DNA of 64,000 nt from Trueperaceae bacterium (GCA_965215565.1 CBDCDZ010000004.1:1024001-1088000), one strand, 5' to 3'. Shown: positions 41,951 to 52,455, counted from the stretch's first letter. Translations and numbers: made by a program. The notes: generated by a model not told the origin, from the letters alone.

Positions 41951-42769
41951 TTAAAGCTCCTGCTCTTTTAACCGCGCTTGCGCCCCCAACCCTTGCTTGC
42001 GAAAAGTAGGGTGCAGCCTGCGCACGAGCCCCGGCGCGAGCCCCAGCAGTTTGAACTGAAGTCCGCGCGAGGCGGGCACCAAGACCTCCACCGGGCGGCG
42101 CTCCAAGGCGCGAAAAAGCGCCGCGCTCACCTCTTCAACCTCTAGCGCCCGCCCCGTAAAGGTCAGCGCGGCTTCGGGGCGGGTCTTCTGCAAGTCCAAC
42201 ATCGGCGTTTTGACTGCGTCGGGGCAGATGACGCTCACATACACGCCGTGCTCGCGCAACTCAGCCGCCGCCGCCACCGAAAAGCCGCGCACGGCGAACT
42301 TCGAGGCGCAGTACAGCGCGTTGCCCGGCGTGGGGATGACGCCTGCGAGCGAGGCGATATTGACGATGTGCCCCGCGCCCTGCTGCGTCATCACGCGAGC
42401 GGCGTGGAGCGTGCCGTAAATCGTCCCTTTGGCGTTGATGTCCAGGTGAAAGTCCACCTCTGACGGCGAGACTTCGTGTAGAAAACCGGGGCGCAAGACG
42501 CCCGCGATGTTGAGGAGCACGTCGAAGCGTCCGAACGCCTCCGTGACCTCTCGCACGACCTCTTCCCAGGCGTCTGCGTCAGTGACCTCGAGCCCCCGAA
42601 TCTTCAAGCGCTCCGCGTCCCAGCCTTCTTGCCACGCCACCTCTCGCAGCACGTCAATATTTTTGTCCGTCAGATACGCCCGCGCACCGCGCTTAGCGAG
42701 TTGCGCCGCCACGTGCCGCCCGATGCCGCTGGCGCAGCCCGTGACGAGGTAGACGCGCGCGTCCGTCAC
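41951..42769 (-). CDS. Short-chain dehydrogenase/reductase
   Basis: TGCASGIG, LNIAG, VNIAS, YCASK. Confidence 0.9.
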   Translation of the reverse strand: MTDARVYLVTGCASGIGRHVAAQLAKRGARAYLTDKNIDVLREVAWQEGWDAERLKIRGLEVTDADAWEEVVREVTEAFGRFDVLLNIAGVLRPGFLHEVSPSEVDFHLDINAKGTIYGTLHAARVMTQQGAGHIVNIASLAGVIPTPGNALYCASKFAVRGFSVAAAAELREHGVYVSVICPDAVKTPMLDLQKTRPEAALTFTGRALEVEEVSAALFRALERRPVEVLVPASRGLQFKLLGLAPGLVRRLHPTFRKQGLGAQARLKEQEL

Positions 42770-44130
42770 GTCGTGACCTGAGTTTGAAGCGGTGCGGATG
42801 CAGGGGGTGCGGGGACAAAGGCGGGGATGGTCTCGAGGAGACGCCGTAACGTCTTCGCGTAGACGAAGTGGTCCACTTCCAGAGCGTGCCGCTCGCTCTC
42901 TACAAAGCGCCGCTTGCCCCGCACATCTTCGGGGGTGACGTGCGCCAGCGTGTGCGCCGCCAAGCCCACCGCGCCCCCGCGCTGCGCCCGCAGGTGTTTG
43001 GCGATGAGCTGCGCTTGCAAGTCGCAGAGCCAGAACATGCCGCTGTCGGGCTGGATGAGCCCAACGAAAAAGAGGTTGTCGTCATTGGGGTGAAAGACGT
43101 TGAGGTCCAAAGCGGGTGTGCCCCCTTGCCAGGGCAAAAGCGCCTCGTCCAAAAAGGGAAACGAAACCCGGTAGCCCGTCGCGTAGATGATGAGGTCGAT
43201 GACCTCTTCGGAGCCGTCCGCAAACGTTACCGTTCGCCCCTCTAAAGAGGTGACGTCGGGCTTCGCGCTGAGGTCGCCGTGACCGAGATAGTACATGAGC
43301 TGCGAGTTGATCGTCGGGTGGCTCTCGAAGAGCTTGTGGTCGGGCTTGGGTAGCCCCAACGTGGTCGGGTCGCCGCGCACGATGCTCATGAGCACGTTGC
43401 TGAGCGCCCGCCGGACGCGCAGCGGCACGCCCAGGCGGATGAGGTCTTCGGCGGCTTGGTCGGCGGGCTTGCCCAAGAGGTACTTGGGGATGAAGTGGTA
43501 GCCGCGCCGCAGGCTGTGAAAAGCGGCGTCGGCGTGCTGCGCCGCCTCCACCGCGATGTCGCAGCCGGAGTTGCCGCCGCCAACGACTAAAACGCGCTTG
43601 CCGCGCAAGAGGTCAGGGTGTTTGTAGGCTTTGGCGTGCATGGTCTCACCCGTGAACGTGCCGGGATACGTGGGGCATTTCGGATGCCACAGATGCCCGT
43701 TAGCGACGATGAGCCCGGCGTAGTGACGGACCTCTTGCTCGTCCGTCTCGAGCTGCCGCACCGTCACCGCCCAACCCCCATTCACCTTGTCAGCGCTCAC
43801 CACTTCAGTCTTGAAGTCGGCATGGTCATAGATACCAAAATGCCGTGCGTAGTCGCGCAGGTAGGCTAAAACCTGGGTGTGCTTAGGGTAATCAGGGTAA
43901 GGCGCGGGCATCGGGTAGTCGGGGTATTCGGTCAGCGGTTTGCTGGAAATGAGGTGCGTGGAGCTGTAGACGCTCGAGCCCTCCGTCCCGTAATACCAGT
44001 TGCCGCCCACGTCATCCTCGCGCTCTATGAGGTCGAAGGGAATCCCAGCCGCCCGTAAGTGCCGCGCCGCCGTCACACCGCTCGCGCCCCCGCCGATAAT
44101 CAAGAGACGTTCTGAACCGGCTTCCGTCAT
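42766..44130 (-). CDS. Flavin-containing monooxygenase (class B, FMO-like)
   Basis: IIGGGASG, VGGNW, ANGH, F.GETMHAKAYK, VVGGGNSGCD, YATGY. Confidence 0.9.
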   Translation of the reverse strand: MTEAGSERLLIIGGGASGVTAARHLRAAGIPFDLIEREDDVGGNWYYGTEGSSVYSSTHLISSKPLTEYPDYPMPAPYPDYPKHTQVLAYLRDYARHFGIYDHADFKTEVVSADKVNGGWAVTVRQLETDEQEVRHYAGLIVANGHLWHPKCPTYPGTFTGETMHAKAYKHPDLLRGKRVLVVGGGNSGCDIAVEAAQHADAAFHSLRRGYHFIPKYLLGKPADQAAEDLIRLGVPLRVRRALSNVLMSIVRGDPTTLGLPKPDHKLFESHPTINSQLMYYLGHGDLSAKPDVTSLEGRTVTFADGSEEVIDLIIYATGYRVSFPFLDEALLPWQGGTPALDLNVFHPNDDNLFFVGLIQPDSGMFWLCDLQAQLIAKHLRAQRGGAVGLAAHTLAHVTPEDVRGKRRFVESERHALEVDHFVYAKTLRRLLETIPAFVPAPPASAPLQTQVTT

Positions 44131-44215
44131 GGTTCCTCCTGAATCTCACCCTAAAAGGGGGTGTCTAGGCGTGAGGTGGTTTAGCGAGTTCCAACAACTT
44201 GCTCTAACAGGGTGA

Positions 44216-44292
44216 TTGACAAGTGGCTCACCAGACTTTAACCTTATCTGATACTGTTATTAGATAATAAAGGAGTACGAGAGGTCTGTCAA
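44216..44292. promoter_or_regulatory. Face-to-face promoter pair with central palindromic operator
   Basis: Plus TTGACA-17-TAACCT; minus TTGACA-17-TATTAT; palindrome TTATCTGATA-CTGT-TATTAGATAA at 44244-44267. Confidence 0.65.
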
Positions 44293-44531
44293 TCGTTCGC
44301 CCAGGGTTGATTTGTCAGCGCGTCAATGGGTAAGGGGGCTCGAGGTAAATTTATGTTTCTTAAAACCGGGCTTTACAACGCCGTCCAGCGAGACGTGAGG
44401 TCTGACTCGATTTTTGAACGCAGGTGGAGAGGTGAGGGGCTCGAGGCTCTCCTATTCGTCCTGATGCTCGCTTTCACGAGCCGAAACTACCTCTTGAAAT
44501 CTTCTGAGATTGACTCGACTGGAAATATACC

Positions 44532-45938
44532 GTGAGCACGACGGTGAGCACCCAAGCGGCTACGCTTCAGCCTGCACGCTTAAAGCGCCGCACCAAACTC
44601 GCCTACGGCGCAGGCGATATGGCGGGCGCGGTCGTGATCACCTTGACGGGCTTTTTCCTGCAAGCCTTTCTGCTCGACGTGGCGGGGTTGAGACCGGCGG
44701 CTATCGGCGTCATCTTCCTAGTCTCTAACGTTTGGGACGCCGTCACCGACCCCGTGGTGGGCGTGCTGAGCGACCGCACCCGCACGCGCTGGGGCTCGAA
44801 GCGTCCGTGGTTGCTCTTCGGGGCGGTGCCCTTTGGCGTCGCGTACTTTTTGCATTGGCTCGTGCCGGACTTGGGTTCTGCGGGGCTCTTCGCGTACTAC
44901 CTCACCGTGGCGCTCCTCTTAAAAACCGCTTTTACCGTGGTCGGCGTGCCCTACAGCGCCCTCACGCCCGCCTTGACTCAGGACTACGACGAGCGCACCC
45001 AGCTCAACACCTACCGTTTCAGCCTCAACCTCTTCGGCAGCCTCCTCGCCGTGACGCTGCACCCCGTTTTAGTGGGCTTGGCGGGCGACGATGTGGTGCG
45101 CGGCTACCTCTTCAGCGCGGGGGTGTGGGGCGTCTTCATCGCGGCGGTGGTGCTGATCGCCTTTCGCGGCACGTATGAGCGCACCACGCCCAGCGTCCCA
45201 GCAGGCTTTAACGTATTTCGCGAACTCGCCTCCGCCCTGCAAAACCGCGCGTTTTTGCTCGTCACGGGTATCTACCTCTGTTCCTGGCTCACGCTGCTCC
45301 TGGTGCAGGCGAACCTCTTGCTGTTCTTCCGCTACTGGGGCGGTATCGAGGCGCACTTCACAGGCATCATCCTGAGCTTTCAGGTGAGCGCGATCCTCTC
45401 GCTGAGCCTGTGGGCGTTTTTGAGCAAGCGCATCGGCAAGCGGGCGGTGTACGCGCTCGGTGTGCTCCTCTGGGCTGTTGGACTCACGCTCTTTTTCTTC
45501 TTGCCACGCGGGGCGGTGCTGCCCTCGTACGCGCTGGCGCTCCTCATCGGGGTGGGCGCGGCGGTGGCGTACCTCATCCCCTGGAGCATGGTGCCCGACG
45601 TGGTGGACGATGACGAGGTCAGGACGGGCGAGCGGCGCGAGGGGATTTTCTACGGGATGTTCGTCTTTTTGCAAAAGCTGGGGCTGTCGTTAGGGTTGGC
45701 GGTCTCGAGCTTCGCGTTAGACGCCACCGGGTATCTCAACCCCACAGTGGCGGGGGAATTCGTGGCGCAGCCGGACGCAGTGCTCCTCACCTTGCGCCTT
45801 TTAGTGAGCTTCGTGCCCGCCGTTCTACTTCTCATCAGCTTGCCGCTCGTTTACCTCTACCCGATAACCCGTGAACGCTACGCCGAGATTCGGGCGCGGC
45901 TGGACGCCCTAAATACTGCTGGAGGTAGGGATGACTGA
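44532..45938 (+). CDS. MFS glycoside-pentoside-hexuronide (MelB-like) symporter
   Basis: YGAGD, WDAVTDP..G.LSDRTRTRWG..RPW, PYSAL, DYDERT, RREGIFYG. Confidence 0.9.
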   Translation: MSTTVSTQAATLQPARLKRRTKLAYGAGDMAGAVVITLTGFFLQAFLLDVAGLRPAAIGVIFLVSNVWDAVTDPVVGVLSDRTRTRWGSKRPWLLFGAVPFGVAYFLHWLVPDLGSAGLFAYYLTVALLLKTAFTVVGVPYSALTPALTQDYDERTQLNTYRFSLNLFGSLLAVTLHPVLVGLAGDDVVRGYLFSAGVWGVFIAAVVLIAFRGTYERTTPSVPAGFNVFRELASALQNRAFLLVTGIYLCSWLTLLLVQANLLLFFRYWGGIEAHFTGIILSFQVSAILSLSLWAFLSKRIGKRAVYALGVLLWAVGLTLFFFLPRGAVLPSYALALLIGVGAAVAYLIPWSMVPDVVDDDEVRTGERREGIFYGMFVFLQKLGLSLGLAVSSFALDATGYLNPTVAGEFVAQPDAVLLTLRLLVSFVPAVLLLISLPLVYLYPITRERYAEIRARLDALNTAGGRDD

Positions 45939-45992
45939 CTTTCTAACAGAAGCTCGCTGTCGCGGCGCAGTCCGTTTCAGAAGAGCCCACCT

Positions 45993-47084
45993 GTGAGCGG
46001 ACGCTGGAGCAAAGAGCGGGCAAACGCTTGGTACGCGCAGCAACCGTGGCTGGTGGGCTGTAACTTCATTCCCTCGACGGCGGTGAACCAACTCGAGCTG
46101 TGGCAAGCTGAGACCTTCGACCCCGAGACAATCAAACGCGAACTCGGCTGGGCGGCGGATTTGGGTATGAACACCGTGCGCGTCTACCTGCACGACCTCG
46201 TGTGGGAGGCGGACGCGGCAGGGTTCAAGTCGCATATCGACACCTTTTTGTCCCTGGCAGCGGAGCGCAACATCCGCACGCTCTTCGTGCTCTTCGACGA
46301 CTGCTGGAACGGCAGTCCGCAACTCGGAACGCAGAGCGCGCCCGTCCCCGGCGTCCACAACTCCGGCTGGGTTACGTCGCCGGCACGGGATGTCGTCAAC
46401 GACCCCTCGCAGTGGGAACGCTTGAAGCGCTACGTGCAAGACATCTTGAACACCTTTGGACAAGACGAGCGCGTCCTCCTCTGGGACCTGTACAACGAAG
46501 TCGGCAACCGCTACCTGCGCAGCTTATCGCTGCCGCAACCGCGCAAAGCGGCGCAGCTTCTCCTCCTGAGTTTGCAACATCGCTACGGACCCAACCCTTC
46601 TTTAGACCTCTTGAAAGAGACGTTTGGGTGGGCAAGAGAGGTTAGCCCATCACAGCCGCTGACCTCTTGTATCTGGATCAACGACCCCCGGCTCAACCCT
46701 TACCTCTTGGAGACGGTCGACGTCGTCACCTTTCATAATTACGAGGACGCGGCGCGGTTAGGGAAACAAATTTCAGACCTCCAAACGCACGACCGACCTC
46801 TTCTATGTACGGAGTATCTAGCGAGGGACAAGGGCAGCCTCTTCGAGACGCACCTGCCAATATTCAAAGCGGCGCGGGTTGGCTGCTACAGTTGGGGCCT
46901 CGTGAGCGGCAAGACGCAGACTGTATACTCCTGGAAAGATAGAGCGAAGGGTAACGGAGGTGTAGCGGAGCCCGACCCCTGGTACCACGATATGCTGCGC
47001 GTGGACGGTACGCCCTACCGCGCCACCGAGGTTGCATTGATGAAACGTCTTACTCGAGGGTCATCAGTTAGGGAGCAGACATGA
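45993..47084 (+). CDS. Clan GH-A (GH5-like) glycoside hydrolase
   Basis: MNTVRVYLHD, WDLYNE (acid/base), FHNY, CTEY (nucleophile), WGLV.GK. Confidence 0.8.
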   Translation: MSGRWSKERANAWYAQQPWLVGCNFIPSTAVNQLELWQAETFDPETIKRELGWAADLGMNTVRVYLHDLVWEADAAGFKSHIDTFLSLAAERNIRTLFVLFDDCWNGSPQLGTQSAPVPGVHNSGWVTSPARDVVNDPSQWERLKRYVQDILNTFGQDERVLLWDLYNEVGNRYLRSLSLPQPRKAAQLLLLSLQHRYGPNPSLDLLKETFGWAREVSPSQPLTSCIWINDPRLNPYLLETVDVVTFHNYEDAARLGKQISDLQTHDRPLLCTEYLARDKGSLFETHLPIFKAARVGCYSWGLVSGKTQTVYSWKDRAKGNGGVAEPDPWYHDMLRVDGTPYRATEVALMKRLTRGSSVREQT

Positions 47085-47986
47085 ACGTCTTACGCACGCC
47101 CGAAGAACGCTTCAACAACCTGCCCGACTACCCGTTTGCGCCCCACTACCTCACCGTCTCCGACTTCGAAGGCGGCGAACTGCGCCTACACTATCTGAAT
47201 GAGGGAGGAGGTCCCACCGTGCTCCTCCTACACGGCGAGCCGACCTGGTCTTACCTCTACCGCCATATGATTCCGCCGCTCGTCGGGGCGGGCTTTCGCG
47301 TGGTCGTGCCCGACCTCGTAGGTTTTGGCAAGTCCGATAAGCCTTCTCGAAAAAAGGATCACACCTACGCGCGGCACGTGGGCTGGCTGAGAGAGGCGCT
47401 CTTTGAGAGGCTAAACTTGGAGGACGTAACGCTCTTCTGTCAGGACTGGGGCTCGCTTATAGGCTTGCGGCTGGTGGCGGAACACCCCGAGCGCTTCGCG
47501 CGGGTGGTGCTCGCCAATGGTGGACTCCCGACGGGGGACGAAAAGATGCCCCTACCCTTCAGAATTTGGTTGCTGTTCTCAAAGCTGACGCCTGTGTTGC
47601 CTGTCGGCAGGATCGTTCAGCTCGGCACGACTACAAAGCTAACCAAGGATGTGATCAAAGCGTACGCTGCGCCTTTCCCGAGCGAAGCCTATAAAGCGGG
47701 AGCACATATCTTTCCTTCGCTCGTGCCGAACCGTCCCGATGACCCAGCTAGGGACGCCAACTACCAAGCGTGGGCTTCTTTAGAGAGGTTCGACAAGCCC
47801 TTTCTCACCGCCTTTAGCGACGGCGACCCGATCACCAAAGGGGGCGAGCACCCCTTCCAAAGCCGCGTGCCGGGAGCGCAAGGTCAGCCGCACGTCACGA
47901 CCAGAGGCGCTGGACACTTCCTGCAAGAGGACCGCCCGGACTACTTGGCGAAGCGCGTCACGCAGTTTATTCGCAGAGGTAGCTAG
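47081..47986 (+). CDS. Haloalkane dehalogenase (alpha/beta hydrolase)
   Basis: LRTPEERF.NLPDYPF, LHGEPTWSYLYR, PDLVGFGKSDKP, QDWG, AGHFLQED. Confidence 0.9.
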   Translation: MNVLRTPEERFNNLPDYPFAPHYLTVSDFEGGELRLHYLNEGGGPTVLLLHGEPTWSYLYRHMIPPLVGAGFRVVVPDLVGFGKSDKPSRKKDHTYARHVGWLREALFERLNLEDVTLFCQDWGSLIGLRLVAEHPERFARVVLANGGLPTGDEKMPLPFRIWLLFSKLTPVLPVGRIVQLGTTTKLTKDVIKAYAAPFPSEAYKAGAHIFPSLVPNRPDDPARDANYQAWASLERFDKPFLTAFSDGDPITKGGEHPFQSRVPGAQGQPHVTTRGAGHFLQEDRPDYLAKRVTQFIRRGS

Positions 47987-48020
47987 GCTGAGCGCGTACA
48001 CTAACCTGTATGAACCTTTT

Positions 48021-48704
48021 TTGCATTTTGGAGCCCTCTTGAGCGCCCGTAAACGCAGCAACGGTCTCGCCACCCATCAGAAGATCGTCAACGCCGCCGT
48101 GACGATTATGCGCGAGGAGGGACCGACGGGCGTCACCACGGCGCGACTTGCCGAAGCGTCGGGTATCGTCCAGTCGGGCTTTTATACGCACTTCAAAAAC
48201 GTGGACGAGGCGATCGTCGCCGCCGCCGAGCATACGGGGCGGCGTCTCCGTGACATCATCAGACGGTGGCGCATGGAGATCGTGGCGCTAGGGGACGTCA
48301 CTGTGCAGCAACTCGCTGAACACTATGCGTCGCTCATCCACCTGCTCTTAGAAGAGCGCCACTTCACCGAACTCTACTTGCAGTATCGGCGCACCCCGAC
48401 CTCGTTGGGTGCGGTGTTGCGGCAGTTTGAGGTGAATGTGATAGCCGATGTCGGTGTACATTTGGAGCAGATGATCCCAGCCGAATTTAGAGGTTCGGAG
48501 GATAAAGACCGTCAACAAGCTGAGCAGATCGTCGGAATGTTTTGGGTTGCCCTCGACAGAGCGCTCTACGCAGAAGGTGACATCGGAAGTCTAGCCCTAC
48601 AACTCGCTGTACTGACCAAAGCGAGCGTGGAGCTAGGCTACGGCGAGCCGAACGCGCAGTTTTTGTCGCGGGTGTCGCTGAGCTTGCTGAGACCGGTGAA
48701 GTGA
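48021..48704 (+). CDS. TetR/AcrR-family regulator (start may be 48039)
   Basis: KIVNAA...EEG..GVTTARLAEASGIVQSGFYTHFKN. Confidence 0.85.
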   Translation: MHFGALLSARKRSNGLATHQKIVNAAVTIMREEGPTGVTTARLAEASGIVQSGFYTHFKNVDEAIVAAAEHTGRRLRDIIRRWRMEIVALGDVTVQQLAEHYASLIHLLLEERHFTELYLQYRRTPTSLGAVLRQFEVNVIADVGVHLEQMIPAEFRGSEDKDRQQAEQIVGMFWVALDRALYAEGDIGSLALQLAVLTKASVELGYGEPNAQFLSRVSLSLLRPVK

Positions 48705-48728
48705 TACCAGATTGAATGAAGGATATCG

Positions 48729-48933
48729 TAGCAGTTCTACAACATATCGAGACAGTTGAGCGCAGATCTCTGTCCGCAAGGACTAGCGTTACGGGCAGGC
48801 CGCCCTGCCGTTGCGGGATTTCATCCCTTGAAGTGCGTGCTAGTTACGCAGTTTTCCGCAGGAAACATTGTTTTGTAAAGTGAGAGTGTTGCTTCGCAAA
48901 ACTTCGTACACTCTGACCAGATGATACCTGCTA
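48729..48933 (-). repeat. Family-1 element with four inserts (205 bp)
   Basis: 111+21+21+25+27 = 205; close to the 18272 copy. Confidence 0.9.
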
Positions 48934-49036
48934 TGAAAACCGAATTCGAACTCATTGAAACTCTTCTGCGAAGCGGTGCTTGAGGTTGGGCATAGTGAAG
49001 GCGATGAGATGAGCGCCCGGGAAAGGGGGTGAACTG

Positions 49037-49110
49037 ATACGGATTTCGGTGGATTGTCGCGTGTAGCGCCTCGTCAACAAAGACGTGCGGGAGCAAGAGA
49101 CGGGTTCAAC
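49037..49110. repeat. Family-2 element, degenerate
   Basis: ATACGGATTTCGGTGGAT...GCGGGAGCAAGAGACGGGTTC. Confidence 0.45.
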
Positions 49111-49378
49111 CGTTTGAACGCGAGCCTCGACACAAGGAAATAAAGAGACAACCTATGTGTAGCGCGAAAGAGGTCACGAAATATATATTGGCGGCGTACC
49201 ACGTTTTGTGTGTAGAGCTGCGCGAAGACCGTAAGAGACATTGGCATTTCACATATACGCAGAGCGGGACACCTTCTACATCTCAACCCTAGCGCACTGA
49301 GAGGCTGAGCTAGTCGGTATAGCAGCGAAGGGGTATACTTCATAGTAATTAGACTTACATTTCGTCTACGCTTGACCT

Positions 49379-51187
49379 ATGCGACACCTCATCGTCATCT
49401 CATGCTTGCTCGCTCTGTTCTTGGTGGGGTGCTCTACCTCGACTCCGCCCACGATAACGCCCACTGACCCTACTCCCGAAAGCCCCGCCAACCCTGCACC
49501 TACTGACCCTGCGCCCACTGAACCAACCCTGCCTGAGCCGCTACCCACCACCCTTACGCCTGAAGAGGCTGACCGCGTGGCGTTGGCGCTCTGGCGCAAC
49601 GATGACCTCAGCAAGCACCCCAAAGGGTCCTGCTCGGGCTGCCACGGCGCGGACTATTTCGACCTCGCTCGCATCGGCTCGGCGGACGAGGATATTGCGC
49701 GGCGAGCGGTGATCGACGGGGCGAGTCAACGAGAGGCTGACGCGCTCGTGCAAGCGGTAAGGCAGATGCGCGAAACATATGGGCTGGGCGCAACCGACGC
49801 CCGTGCCTTTCGCCCCTTTCAACCGAGCGGCGCGGTCCTGCTACCCGACCTGGGCGACGCCGAGCACATCGCGGCGGTGAAGCGCGATATCGCGTTCGGC
49901 GAACAACTCGAGACCCTTTTACCCACCCTGTTTGGCGAACGCATCGACACACTGTACGGTGCCGAGCGAGCCAGGGACGAAATGCTGGACTTAGCGCAGG
50001 GGACAAATGAGGCGGGCGCGAACCCGCGGCGCATCCAGCTACGCGACTTACCTACAGGCATCACCTACCCGCGCTGGTCAGCGGACCTGCACCACGGCGC
50101 GGACGAGGGGACGCTGAACGACTGGCTTGCCGACGTCGCCCACGACGCCAAACCGGAGCACCGCGAGGCGTGGTTGGAGCTGCAAGACGCCTACCTTGCA
50201 ACCCCTAGCGATGAGAACTTCTGGCGCATGTACCTCGCCGCCGAGGAGATGACCGTCACGCCCCTCTTCGGTGAGTGCACTATGACGGGGGGAAGGGCGC
50301 ACATCGCCTGCGCAGACGTCAAACGCTTCGCCCGCGAGAAATTTTTAAGTGCGCTCACGGGCCAACACATGATGCGCTTAGAGGCGTCCGGGCGTGAGGG
50401 GTTTACAGACGGCGCGTTGGCCTTTTCGTACCTTGACACCGACCCCCGCTTCGACTTCATGAAGGAGCGCAAAAGCCGCACGCTTCTACCTGCGAACCTC
50501 TGGGAAGTGGGCGATAAGGGGCGAAGCACTTTAGAAAATTCCCAAGCTGAGGGGAGTTTTCGCGAGAACCTAGCGAAGCTCGGCTACCCCGAGTTCGTGC
50601 AAGACAGCATCGATCCCAACCGCAGTGCGAGCCAAGAACAACACGAGCTGCGCCTCGCTTGGTTCTGGTTGGGCTTTACCTTCGACCCCTCCTTTGCACG
50701 TATCCACTCCTCTAACGCCACCAAAGTCGGTGAGTACATGGTGGCGAGTTTGCTCAGCGAACGCATGTTTATCCACAACACCTTTCACACCAATATGCGC
50801 CTCGTCACCAAAGGCACGCTCCCTGAAGCGAACGTCAAGCAGACCGGACGTGAACGCGCTCTGGAACAGTTGCCAACCACTTTTCGCATGAACTACGGCT
50901 ACTTCTGGGCTTATGGGCGCACGGTGCTCAACTGGCAGGAGAGCAAGAAGTTCGGCGTCCTCATCCCTGAAGACCTCAAGGCGGAGCAAGCCGACCTCTG
51001 GCACCGCTTTACGGCAAACGGGTTTCGGATGAGCATGTTTCTTTACTCAGCAGCATTGGACGAGAGTGCGCCTAGAGACAGCGTTGTCTTTGATGCGATG
51101 AAAACGCACTTCGAGACTTATGAGCCCGAGCACCAGGAGGCGGACGCGGCGCTGATGGCGCAGCTTAGGCGCAAACTGGAGGAGTAG
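49379..51187 (+). CDS. Hypothetical lipoprotein with Pro/Thr linker and one CxxCH motif
   Basis: Lipobox LVGC, PTDPTPE linker, CSGCH; TACGCT 6 nt before ATG. Confidence 0.75.
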   Translation: MRHLIVISCLLALFLVGCSTSTPPTITPTDPTPESPANPAPTDPAPTEPTLPEPLPTTLTPEEADRVALALWRNDDLSKHPKGSCSGCHGADYFDLARIGSADEDIARRAVIDGASQREADALVQAVRQMRETYGLGATDARAFRPFQPSGAVLLPDLGDAEHIAAVKRDIAFGEQLETLLPTLFGERIDTLYGAERARDEMLDLAQGTNEAGANPRRIQLRDLPTGITYPRWSADLHHGADEGTLNDWLADVAHDAKPEHREAWLELQDAYLATPSDENFWRMYLAAEEMTVTPLFGECTMTGGRAHIACADVKRFAREKFLSALTGQHMMRLEASGREGFTDGALAFSYLDTDPRFDFMKERKSRTLLPANLWEVGDKGRSTLENSQAEGSFRENLAKLGYPEFVQDSIDPNRSASQEQHELRLAWFWLGFTFDPSFARIHSSNATKVGEYMVASLLSERMFIHNTFHTNMRLVTKGTLPEANVKQTGRERALEQLPTTFRMNYGYFWAYGRTVLNWQESKKFGVLIPEDLKAEQADLWHRFTANGFRMSMFLYSAALDESAPRDSVVFDAMKTHFETYEPEHQEADAALMAQLRRKLEE

Positions 51188-51370
51188 CTACGGTAGCTGT
51201 TTTATTCAGCCTTCTAGCCTGACTTTTGCGCAGCCAACCGGGCCTTCACGTACATAAAAATTTTCTCCTCAAGCTTCGAATCTAACTCAGGTTAGCGCAG
51301 CGTGCCGAGCGAGGCTCTAGCTTAGTTTGACCCAAGGATGGCGAAAACAAGGGTTTAAGGGGTCTTGATT

Positions 51371-51481
51371 TAGCAGGTATCATCTGGTCTGAGACGCCCT
51401 CACTGTAGAAAACATTGTTTAGCACGCGCTTTGTAAGATGATACCTGCGTCATTCTGTCTCAATATGTTTTGAAAGTGCTA
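51371..51481 (+). repeat. Family-1 element, empty 111-bp core
   Basis: TAGCAGGTATCATCTGG...GATGATACCTGCG...GTGCTA. Confidence 0.88.
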
Positions 51482-51512
51482 ATTGTATTGGAACATGACT
51501 TGGGACAAAGAG

Positions 51513-51541
51513 AAACGGTAGAGATTGAACCTCTACCGTTT
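51513..51541. terminator. Hairpin terminator downstream of tRNA operon
   Basis: AAACGGTAGAG-7-CTCTACCGTTT. Confidence 0.65.
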
Positions 51542-51558
51542 TAACGTCTTTTCTTTAA

Positions 51559-51632
<74 letters not shown>

Positions 51633-51715
51633 AAGTTGTAGAGGTATCATCTACAATTCACTGGATGAACCTTTTTACAAAATACCATCTCTAAGGGGAG
51701 ACGATACCTCCAGCG

Positions 51716-51807
<92 letters not shown>

Positions 51808-51931
51808 AAGTTTTTATAGGTAACATCTACACTCTACAGATGTACCTAGCTAACGCTGACCTTCCAAAAGCGGAGGAAATGTACTTACACACTAGCAGGA
51901 GAGCGTTGACTTAAGGACAACACCTCCACCT

Positions 51932-52021
51932 TGGCGGAGGGCGAGGGATTCGAACCCCCGATAGAGTCGCCCCTATAACGGTTTTCAAGACCGTCGCATT
52001 CAACCGCTCTGCCAGCCCTCC
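51932..52021 (-). tRNA. tRNA-Ser(TGA)
   Basis: GGAGGGC...ACGGT-CTTGAAA-ACCGT, long variable arm, GGTTCGAATCC, ...GCCA. Confidence 0.95.
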
Positions 52022-52040
52022 ACTTATGCCAGCGTTGACG

Positions 52041-52070
52041 AGTATACAAGGCTGGGGCACGCCATGTCAA
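52041..52070 (-). promoter_or_regulatory. tRNA operon promoter
   Basis: TTGACA-18-TATACT on minus strand, 20 nt upstream of tRNA-Ser(TGA). Confidence 0.75.
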
Positions 52071-52192
52071 TGCGTGAAGAGCAAAAACAGCAATTCCAAA
52101 TGAAGCGTCGAAATTTCGTCAACAAGGCAATATGGCACAGGTTTGCTGAGAATCACATAGAGAACATTGCCTCTCAGGCGCTTTTGGGAATA

Positions 52193-52302
52193 TAGCAAGT
52201 ATCATTTGGTTTAAGCTAACCTCACTATGAAGAACACCGTTGAGCCCACACTTTCTTGAATGAGACTTGCGCTGTCCCAATCAGTACTTGTGGTAATTGC
52301 TC
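52193..52302 (+). repeat. Family-1 element, degenerate core (about 110 bp)
   Basis: TAGCAAGTATCATTTGG...CTCAC...AGCCCACAC...ATGAGACTTGCG...AATTGCT. Confidence 0.7.
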
Positions 52303-52455
52303 TATCTGAAATGACGCCGGTGTCAGCGCAAGGAGTTAAGCCCCCTCATTCACTACATTTCAACCTCTTGTTCATTCTATAAGCAGTGGAAGGAGCACGC
52401 GGCAGTATCCAGTTTGGAAAGTAAGGAGGAAGCTTGACGCTTCTTGTAGCAGCCT

